From Octopus bimaculoides (lineage: Eukaryota): a stretch of 42,748 nucleotides of DNA. The notes beneath the pieces were generated by a model. The model was not told the DNA's origin. It made no database searches and saw only the letters and a list, made by a program, of their open reading frames with translations. Where the stretch lies: the NCBI RefSeq assembly GCF_001194135.2, contig NC_068982.1, forward strand, positions 85,329,488 through 85,372,235, written 5' to 3'. Shown here piece after piece: positions 36,401-42,748 of this stretch (position 1 is its first letter; every line of letters starts with the position of its first letter). A program made the translations under genes and the position numbers.

Positions 36401-39400
36401 TGTGCCACCGGAACATGTGCCGGTAAGGCGATGCTGGCAGCGATCATGCTCGAATGGTGTTTTTCATGTGTCACCAGCACAGGAGCCAATCCGTGGCCCT
36501 GGCAATGATCACGCTCAGATATGCTTTTAACGTTCCACTGGCATGAATGCCAATCAGGCAGTACTGTCATTGGCCACGTCAGTGATTTTGATTTGTTTAC
36601 ACTTACTTGCCTCAATAGGTCTTCGCAAGCAAAGTTCATTGTCCAATGAATGAGGAGTACTCATAAGTGGGCCAGTTACACCCCACGTTCGGATGTGCTT
36701 TTAACATTCCACTGCCTGATTGGTACTTGTACCAATCAGGCAGTACTGTCATCAGCCACAAGCTATAGCAAAATCCGAACTTGTGAGCATAGTGTCCATA
36801 ACTTGTTGGAAAATGCTTGGAGCTACCTTTATGCCCATAAGAAGTCAATTAAATTTATACAATCCTTTATGGGTATTTATTGTTAATAATTTTGAACATT
36901 CTTCATCAACTTGTACATGCAGGTATGCTCAGATAGATCCAACTTTGAAACAAATTTTCCTAGTCAACTTCAGGAAAATTTCTTTGGGACTTGGAAACGA
37001 GTAATTATATGGCATCAAACATTCATTTAACCCTGTTCAAAAATCAGCACATACATGGATTTTATTATTTTTTTCTTGACATAAACTATTGGGCTTGCCC
37101 ATTTAGTGTAATCAATTTTTTCAATAACTCCAAACTTTTCTAATTCTTTCTTTAACTTGTTTCAACATTGTGAAAAGTACAGTTCTTTTTGGTTTAAATA
37201 CCAGTATAGAATTTTCTTTTACTTGAAACTTCCCCTTTGCTTTGGTGCAAAGAACAAATTTCAGGAAAAATCTTTCTTAATTCTTTTTTTAATTCTTCTA
37301 ATGCCTTACTTATAATGGCAGAAGACCCATTCACATTTTAACAAAAAACTTTATGGGGAGATCCCATAAGTTAAATAATTCCATTCAGTCTGTTCCAAAT
37401 AAATTTGTTGTATTATTCAGCACAAAAACTTTGGCTTTCAAGATTTTTCCATGAAATGTAACATCCCTTATCATTTCCTTATTTTTTTCCAGAAACACCG
37501 CATGCAATTTTGAAGTTTCTTTCAGTCTAGGTTTCCCAATTTTTCTTACGTATTCTTTTATTCTTTTACTTGTTTCAGTCATTTAACTGCAGCCATGCTG
37601 GAGCACCGCCTTTAGTCAGACAAATTGACCCCAGGACTTATTCTTTGTAAGCCTAGTACTTATTCTATCAGTCTCTTTTGCTGAACCAGTAATTGGTGGG
37701 GATTTAAACACACGAGCATCAGTGTCAAGTGATGGTGGGGGGACAGACACACAAATACACACATACACATATATATAGACAACAGGCTTCATTCAGTTTC
37801 CATCTACCAAATCCACTTACAAGGCTTTGATTGGCTCGATGTGTTAATTACCATGATATCATCGCCCATATCCATTTGTAACTTGATATTCATTTTTATG
37901 GATACAAATTTTTTTTTACCTTCTTCCAGAACTTTTTGCATTTCACCTTTTTTTTTTTCGCCCTACAATGTGATCTTGTATATCTGATTTTTCCACACTC
38001 AAAATATTTTAGATTTTTAAAAGGGCAGTTACCTTTAAAATGTAAGCCTCCACACCCATAGCATGGACTGGGTCTTGACATTTGTTTTTCTTTTTTCGTA
38101 TCTGTTACAGGTCGACAAGCATGAATATGAGAACAATCTTTTTCTTCAATTTTACCCAAGTCATGTCTCAAATTTATAATCCTCTGACACTCTTCTGCTA
38201 CTGCGTGTAGAGTTAATTTTTGGTCCTGTTCTAATTTTGTTAATATCAGAGAACATATATCTGCATCTTTGCTTGAACAAATCAAGGGTTAATTCATTTA
38301 ATTTAAATTTTTTACACTCTCTGTTAACAATCCCAGTATAGGTGACAAAATCCTCATAATCCTTTTTAACCAAATTTAAACACTGCCAGTGAATACTGAA
38401 CTGGGAACTTCTTTCACTGAAAATTTTGGATGAAGAGTTGTTTCATCGAAACAAGTCTCACCTGGTTTCTTCTGCAGAAGATAACTTTCTTAAAAGTAGT
38501 CACACATTTTTCTTATTGGTCCAATTTCTACATTCTTCTTTGAAGATTTCTTCATATCTTCGAAAATATGCAGAGAAAGTAATACCTTCTTCTGGGTTAT
38601 AAATGAACTCTCCAACTGAGTTCACTATGCCATCCAGCGTGAATGATCCTAAAGTACTTTCAGATTTCTTCAACATTAATTCCAGCAACTATTGTTGTTG
38701 CAACTGCACTACGCATGCCAATAAATCCTCTATGTTAAGGATTTTTTTCTTTGGTTTCATACCAAAAAATTTTATTATCCAATGCAAGCTTTGAATATCT
38801 CATCACCACATTTATATCCTCGTATTTGGATATATGATTTAACAAAGCGGTGGTAAAGCAATGTATTCACACAACATACTTCAACTACTGCTACGTGAGA
38901 CTCCAAACACCCTCCATCATCTCAATGATAAAATTACTCTTTATAGGGGTTTGATGAGTCCATCTTTTAATCACAAAGGAGTGTTAATGTTTATCATCAC
39001 AACAGTTTTTAAACTCACTGGAAGCATTGGGATTACTTCCTTGTAAGCTTGACTTGAAACTTGGAGCATCTATAATGCTTCTAAGAAATTTAGATCTCCA
39101 AAATTCTGCAATGGAGTAAGACTTATTGTGAAGACAATGATGACACATGTTATAGAAGCTACTGTACTCTCTGGATGTGGAGCAGATGATAGTGTATTCA
39201 TTACTAGAATTCCATCAATACCTACTTATTTACCAGTACAATTTAGAAGAGTACACTTTCCAATTAGACTGTAGGATGTCCCAAAATTAGGGCAACTGAA
39301 GTTTCAGGCTTTAATAACTATCAATAAATGCGATAACATATGAAAATTATACATCATTATAAAAGTTTAGTGTGTCTTCTTTTTGTTTCAGGCTAAATAA

Positions 39401-42327
39401 ATTCAGATTTATAAATTAGATCATGGATAAAGAGTGAAATACAATCATAACCCTCCACAAATGAGAGTAAAGTAATACAGCTACAGCAGAAGATCTTAAA
39501 ATTAACCAAACGACAGTCTGGAAAATTGTCAAGAAGTTTCAAAATTTCAAGAGACTGTTTCCACGGCTGACTGACCTGGATGTTGCTGGAAAAGAAGTAT
39601 GCGGACCCCTCAGCTTATCAAATGTGCCAGAGAAAAGATAGAGTGAAATCCTCATCGTTCCATTAGAAAACTAGCTGCCACAGCAGCAATAAGCTGAACA
39701 TCAATGTACTGAGTGCTAAAGGAGGATCTCAGGACCAACCCCTACAAGATGATCTGTCATCATGAGGTCATGCAAGTTTATAGGTCCATGAGACTGGAGA
39801 GAAATCATCTTATCCTGTGTCAGATTGCTGAAGGCACGCTGCCCAACCTGGTGAAAAGAAATTTGACATCGAATAGACAGTAAACCACCAGAATGATTGA
39901 CTTTGGAAGGGTAACTGGCTCTGTCAAGGGTAGACTTATAAATTGACATCAAAATCCATAGTCAGTTATGGTTTGGGCAGCTGTGACAGTCACTGCAAGG
40001 TCTCCCCTTGTTTTTGTGACCTTGTGTATGAAAATTAACACCCAGCAATACATTAATGACATTCTGAAAGCTGAACTGCTTCCATGAGTGAATGAGCACT
40101 TTCAAAGTGCACTTTGGAGCCTCCAACAGGACTCGGCATCATCCCACAGCTTCAAACATAACACTGAATTCAAAAAAACATTCTATCTTTCATACACATG
40201 GATGTATGGCCCTCAAGAAGCCCTGATCTCAACCCTTTGGATTTTTCTGTTTAATCTGTTTTGGAGACAAGGGTCTCCAGCACTCCTCATACTTCGCTTG
40301 ACACTCTGAAGGCAAAACTGCGCCAGGAATAGGCTTCAATTCTACAAGAACAGCTGTTTGTTGAGTGTGAAGCATTCGCAACTAGACTTAAGGCTGTGAT
40401 TCAAAAAGGTGGTCATAGCGAATAAATGTGGTAGTGTCATAATTGTGTTTCCTTTACCATTGCATTGCAATGCTTGGACCCGAAATATAACAATATTTTG
40501 CTTTGGTAAAATTGGAAAAAGTTGGTTACCTTAATTTTGGGACACCCTGTAAGTTTTACAATGTCCATCAACAAATCGCAAGGGTAGACATTATTAGTAA
40601 ATGGTTTGCAATTACAGGAGCCTTGCTTGTCATGAACAATTGTATGCTGGATGCTCACATGTTGGAAGTTCAAAAGATCTTTTTATTTATACTCCACTGG
40701 GAAAAATTCATAATGGTATATATATGTGTGTGTGTGTGTGTGTGAGTATACACTCAATTGTGTCAAGGATCACTTTTCTAACTGTACCTAATTCTCTTTA
40801 AGATGGAGTAATATATCTGCATTTAAGCTCTACTAAGGAATTTGGATTATGGACTAAAGAAGTCATGGAATGCTGAGACTCTAGTTGTTAACATTCAATT
40901 CAATCATTTATTTTAAAGACCAATACTAATTGCTTTTGTTTGTTATTAATACTGTAATGTGTTAATGAGAAAATTATTTGAAAATTTGCAATTTTCATGT
41001 GACTCTCCAATATGAATTTTCAACTAAACATTTGAGAAACAATTGTAATTCTTCACAAGAAATTAACACTTAAAGTTGAAGTTGTACTGATAAGTGCCAT
41101 GCACAAGACTCTCAGCTCTTAAGTTATCTTTGTAACTTTCTGCCAATTAGAAAAACAATTTCTAAAATTAAAATTCAAAAATTTTAAAACTTAAAATCAA
41201 AAAGAATTAAAATTCAAGTGCTGAGTTCTGTTTCTCTTTTCATCTTACAAAACCTAAATATCCTCATCATTTAATGTCCACTTTTCCATACTTCTAGGAG
41301 TCAGATGGAATTCAATGTTACCAACCAACATTTCACCTGTTTCCAAACAAGCTAATATTTCCTCAAAACTGGATACATTTTCCCAAAAGATGGGAAATAT
41401 AGCACACCATTTGTATGACAGGGATACCTGTTTACAGCTACCACATGATGTCAGGAAAAGAAGACACAAACACACAAATACACACACACACACATACAAG
41501 ACAAGCTTTTTTCAGTATCCATCTATAAATTCACTCACAAGGCTTTGATTAGATGAGGAGTATAGCAGAAGACACCTGCTCAAAATGCAAAGCAATGAGA
41601 GTGAACCTGAAAACATGTACATGAGACGTGAACTTCTTAACCACATGCCTATGCCTAACAAAGTTCCTATGCTGGGAATCATACCTGGGACACACACAAA
41701 CTTATATATTCAGTATATTCTTTCTACATTATGCATTCTGCTTAAGGTAAATGTCAGCTCAGTGTACAAACACAAACTCATTGAAACCTAACTCAATTTA
41801 TGCCCTATACACTACCATATATCCTCATACATTAAAACTTTTCTTTCAAATCCACTCTTCAAAGACCAAGTCAACTCAACAACCTGCCTATTATAGGGAT
41901 AATATCTACAGATTTTAAATCATTACTATGCATGTCCCTCAGTAACCATGTGTTTGTAATTTTGCATATTATATCCCATACATCTTCATTGAAATTTTTT
42001 TGTTTCAGTATCTGTTCTAGAGTTCCCAGTTATTTCACTTTCTCTTGATTTCATTAAATTCTCAAAGAATATTTATGTACTTAGATTCAGTTATATTGAG
42101 CTTTTGGTGTACATCTTATTCCTTTTGTTTTTATTCATACTTTCTATATAATTCCCATTCTCTTATATTCTTTCTGTGTGAATTAAATGTATTATTTTTA
42201 TTATCACAAACCAGTCTACTCACCAAATATTTCAAGCCCTCTAGTATTTGTTTGGTGTAGAAAACTATGGTTGTCTCAGCATCTTTCAAAGGACCCCACT
42301 TGGATCGCAAAAGCTGAGATAGACTGC
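12858..42327 (-). CDS. MAP3K15: ASK-family MAP kinase kinase kinase (MAP3K5/ASK1-MAP3K15-like), partial multi-exon CDS; 5' exons lie outside the window
   Basis: Spliced exons give [179 protein letters not shown]. This is closely similar to the ASK1 kinase C-lobe as I recall it (HRDIKGDN and [12 protein letters not shown] are ASK signatures). All junctions are GT-AG with compatible phases. MAP3K5 versus MAP3K15 naming cannot be resolved for an invertebrate. Confidence 0.93.
13189..13254 (-). CDS. MAP3K15: ASK-family MAP3K exon ([21 protein letters not shown]), end of kinase domain
   Basis: Acceptor TTCTAG|G, donor GT|GTATGT; 66 nt, phase 2 to 2; subdomain XI DP.KR motif. Confidence 0.88.
13555..13712 (-). 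mobile_element. RTE tail fragment
   Basis: (TCA)n plus the same terminal ~120 bp as at 5431. Confidence 0.75.
13858..14345 (-). mobile_element. RTE 3' fragment (older subfamily)
   Basis: (TCA)n tail with CATGCTGGCATGGGTTGG, followed by the complement of the pyrimidine-rich 3' region. Confidence 0.6.
14567..14667 (-). CDS. MAP3K15: ASK-family MAP3K exon ([34 protein letters not shown])
   Basis: Acceptor TTTTCCAG|CTT, donor AG|GTAATG; 101 nt, phase 0 to 2; PQAAMFKVG...HPEIPES is an ASK signature. Too short for the ORF track. Confidence 0.92.
14865..16255 (-). mobile_element. Degraded RTE LINE 3' portion
   Basis: RT C-terminal remnants ([22 protein letters not shown]) colinear with 19.4-20.4 kb; RTE tail at 14865. 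Confidence 0.75.
16842..16907 (-). CDS. MAP3K15: ASK-family MAP3K exon ([22 protein letters not shown])
   Basis: Acceptor TTTTACAG|GCA, donor GAG|GTGAAA; 66 nt, phase 0 to 0; kinase subdomain IX. Confidence 0.93.
16967..17326 (+). mobile_element. tRNA-derived SINE with internal (TG)n
   Basis: Head TGTGTGGTAACAAGCTTGCTTCCCAACCACATGGTTCTGGGTTCAG, GGCACCTTGGGCAAGT box, (TG)n, CAAATGACTAAAA tail. Confidence 0.85.
18136..18495 (-). mobile_element. RTE RT fragment
   Basis: [34 protein letters not shown] is an RTE C-terminal motif. Confidence 0.8.
18774..21167 (-). mobile_element. 5'-truncated RTE LINE with 3'-UTR ~66-bp tandem array
   Basis: RT ORF pieces 20450-20911 ([28 protein letters not shown]) and 19717-20229; repeats at 18958-19270; (TCA)n tail. 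Confidence 0.9.
21170..21520 (-). mobile_element. Old LINE RT fragment (Jockey/CR1-like)
   Basis: [30 protein letters not shown] resembles the KA.GPD.IP..VLK..EL motif. Confidence 0.35.
21695..21756 (-). CDS. MAP3K15: ASK-family MAP3K exon ([21 protein letters not shown])
   Basis: Acceptor TTTTCAG|GC, donor CCT|GTAAG; 62 nt, phase 1 to 0; contains the APE motif. Confidence 0.94.
22850..23107 (+). mobile_element. tRNA-derived SINE 3' body
   Basis: (TG)n(TA)n plus the conserved body, ending GGTGCTCCAGCATGGCTGCAGTCAAATGACTGAAAC. Confidence 0.85.
23426..23564 (-). CDS. MAP3K15: ASK-family MAP3K exon (catalytic loop HRDIKGDN and DFG)
   Basis: Acceptor TTGCAG|CAT, donor GCTG|GTAAG; 139 nt, phase 0 to 1. 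Confidence 0.95.
25400..26348 (+). mobile_element. RTE 3' fragment
   Basis: [25 protein letters not shown] end, pyrimidine-rich UTR, CATCCAACCCATGCCAGCAT...(GAT)n tail. Confidence 0.7.
26600..27560 (-). mobile_element. Probable degraded Penelope-like element 5' region carrying the hammerhead
   Basis: Downstream of the ribozyme: [20 protein letters not shown] and [12 protein letters not shown], loosely like PLE N-terminal motifs; broken by (TA)n tracts. Confidence 0.4.
27350..27401 (-). ncRNA. Minimal type I hammerhead ribozyme (PLE-associated)
   Basis: Minus strand reads CAUU CUGAAGA GAUCUGCCAAA-CCA-UUUGGCACAUC GAAA CGUACG UA AAUG: complete catalytic core, stem I 4 bp, stem II 10 bp with one C-C mismatch, palindromic stem III, GUA cleavage triplet. 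Confidence 0.85.
28170..28420 (-). mobile_element. RTE LINE 3' end fragment
   Basis: [31 protein letters not shown] motif. Confidence 0.65.
28611..28985 (-). mobile_element. Mariner-like transposon 3' end
   Basis: TA|CAGGGTGT terminus; minus frame [16 protein letters not shown] resembles WPPNSPDLNP.D. Confidence 0.7.
28995..29190 (+). mobile_element. RTE LINE C-terminal zinc-finger fragment and tail
   Basis: [23 protein letters not shown] resembles the C..C.R.C.SRIGL.SH motif. Confidence 0.55.
29293..29515 (+). mobile_element. RTE RT fragment
   Basis: [46 protein letters not shown]. Confidence 0.85.
29510..29900 (-). mobile_element. Neptune-type Penelope-like element N-terminal fragment
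   Basis: RMRWKAFF...[21 protein letters not shown]...[10 protein letters not shown] resembles RMRWKA..FE.DL...ADKT.N.Y. Confidence 0.65.
29990..30305. repeat. Compound (CA)n/(TA)n/(TG)n microsatellite region
   Basis: Read directly from the sequence. Confidence 0.9.
30340..31627 (+). mobile_element. Penelope-like element: pLTR with hammerhead plus RT (runs into gap)
   Basis: From 30554: [26 protein letters not shown]; [12 protein letters not shown]; FYRLPKIHK; LRPIV; [12 protein letters not shown]; [15 protein letters not shown]; one in-frame TGA near 30767. Confidence 0.9.
30419..30498 (+). ncRNA. Hammerhead ribozyme-like motif with core U4A variant, upstream of PLE RT
   Basis: CAGATGA GAATGT-(19 nt)-ACATTC GAAA CTC-T-GAG TA; imperfect long stem I, GTTGCCATTTAATAG paired with CTGATAATGACAAC. 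Confidence 0.7.
31728..32055 (+). mobile_element. Tc1-like transposon 3' end
   Basis: [15 protein letters not shown]...[10 protein letters not shown]; right terminus TTATTTTGTCCAACTCCTG|TA. Confidence 0.8.
32190..32545 (+). mobile_element. RTE 3'-UTR/tail fragment
   Basis: Reverse complement of the 5431-type tail, with repeat units. Confidence 0.85.
32740..33400 (-). mobile_element. Tc1/mariner transposase remnant
   Basis: RFKWAQKY...[11 protein letters not shown]...[20 protein letters not shown] (DDE-domain motifs). Confidence 0.75.
33425..33494. repeat. (TA)n microsatellite
   Basis: Read directly from the sequence. Confidence 0.95.
33709..33901 (-). repeat. 3' LTR of Gypsy element
   Basis: Preceded on the minus strand by polypurine tract AAAGGGGTAGA (33902-33912). 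Confidence 0.9.
36098..36760 (-). mobile_element. RTE 3'-UTR/tail fragment nested in Gypsy RT
   Basis: (TCA)n tail and repeat units; flanks rejoin as DFAIA|YLDDILIK. Confidence 0.85.
37552..37839 (-). mobile_element. 5'-truncated SINE nested in Gypsy protease
   Basis: ATTCTTTTATTCTTTTACTTGTTTCAGTCATTTAACTGCAGCCATGCTGGAGCACCGCC tail. Confidence 0.85.
38812..39004 (-). repeat. 5' LTR of Gypsy element
   Basis: Ungapped ~193-bp match to 33709-33901 (27 mismatches by hand count); begins TGT on the minus strand; followed by PBS-like TGGTGATGAG (38799-38808). Confidence 0.9.
39272..40549 (+). mobile_element. Full-length degraded mariner-like DNA transposon
   Basis: 26-bp TIRs (TAGGATGTCCCAAAATTAGGGCAACT versus the reverse complement of GGTTACCTTAATTTTGGGACACCCTG|TA; 5 mismatches); transposase remnants [30 protein letters not shown]. 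Confidence 0.85.
41255..41655 (-). mobile_element. tRNA-headed SINE with RTE-type tail
   Basis: Head and body like 16967 (AAAGCCTTGTGAGTGAATT, (TG)n) but ends AGTATGGAAAAGTGGACATTAAATGATGAGGAT. Confidence 0.65.
42224..42327 (-). CDS. MAP3K15: ASK-family MAP3K exon ([16 protein letters not shown]...GLKYL)
   Basis: Acceptor TTTCTTTTAG|GC, donor TTG|GTGAGT; 104 nt, phase 1 to 0. Confidence 0.93.
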
Positions 42328-42388
42328 CTAAAAGAAAAACAGAAATTGTCAATAAAATATATAAATACATACACTTATAAACAAATTT

Positions 42389-42748
42389 CATGGTTCCCGC
42401 AACGAGGAGGGAACCAGACTGCTGGAGTTCTGTGATGCAACCAATCTTATGGTCTGCAATACCAACTTCAGGAAACCTGCCAGTCACCTAGTCACCTACC
42501 GCTCCGGCAGACACTCTAGCCAAATCGACTACATCCTCGCCAGAAATAGGGAAAGAGGGCGGCTTATAAATGCCAAAACCTACCCTGGCGAAGAATGTAC
42601 CCCACAACATAGATTAGTAGTTAGCGACTTTGGGATCAAGGCAAAATGGGTGCCCAGAATTAGACAGGCTTGGAGAAGAAGGGTGTGGAAGCTTAAAGAC
42701 CCTGCAAACGGACAGAGACTTAGAGACAAGTTACTTGAAGCATTTAAC
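42389..42748 (+). mobile_element. 5'-truncated RTE LINE, APE endonuclease region, open frame to window end
   Basis: From 42392, 119 stop-free codons: [49 protein letters not shown]...GEECTPQHRLVV. Confidence 0.9.

Larger units (their letters stand above)
33709..39004 (-). mobile_element. Ty3/Gypsy LTR retrotransposon (Mag-like), two LTRs, decayed internal region
   Basis: Gag [19 protein letters not shown] with paired Zn knuckles ([13 protein letters not shown]), protease MDMGDDI, RT YLDD, RNase H ([12 protein letters not shown]), integrase ([22 protein letters not shown]), in RT-RH-IN order. Confidence 0.92.

Noticed and set aside
42131-42487. 118-aa minus-strand ORF taken as a single CDS
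   Set aside because: Only 42224-42327 is kinase exon; the rest is intron and antisense LINE. The same applies to ORFs 23328-23570, 21656-21913 and 16695-16946.

Overview
AT-rich, gap-containing animal genomic DNA, most likely cephalopod (Octopus-like; inferred from the SINE/RTE repertoire and microsatellite density). The only host gene I can support is an ASK-family MAP3K (MAP3K5/MAP3K15-like) on the minus strand. Six small GT-AG exons with compatible splice phases (42224-42327, 23426-23564, 21695-21756, 16842-16907, 14567-14667, 13189-13254) splice into the C-terminal part of an ASK kinase domain. They are followed by a probable post-kinase exon (12858-12984) that ends in a stop codon with an AATAAA about 120 nt downstream, and by a candidate 45-nt microexon at 7484-7528. 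The 5' part of the gene lies beyond the right edge of the window. Most of the remaining sequence is stacked transposable elements: RTE LINEs, a CR1-group LINE, tRNA-derived SINEs, a two-LTR Gypsy element with nested insertions, Penelope-like elements (PLEs), Tc1/mariner remnants and non-autonomous Helitrons. The most notable observations are two minimal hammerhead ribozymes next to PLE remnants (an intact-looking one at 27350-27401 on the minus strand and a U4A variant at 30419-30498 on the plus strand), a possibly truncated and deregulated ASK C-terminus, and SINEs that share one head but carry tails from two different LINE clades. All calls were made by eye; element boundaries are approximate unless termini are quoted.
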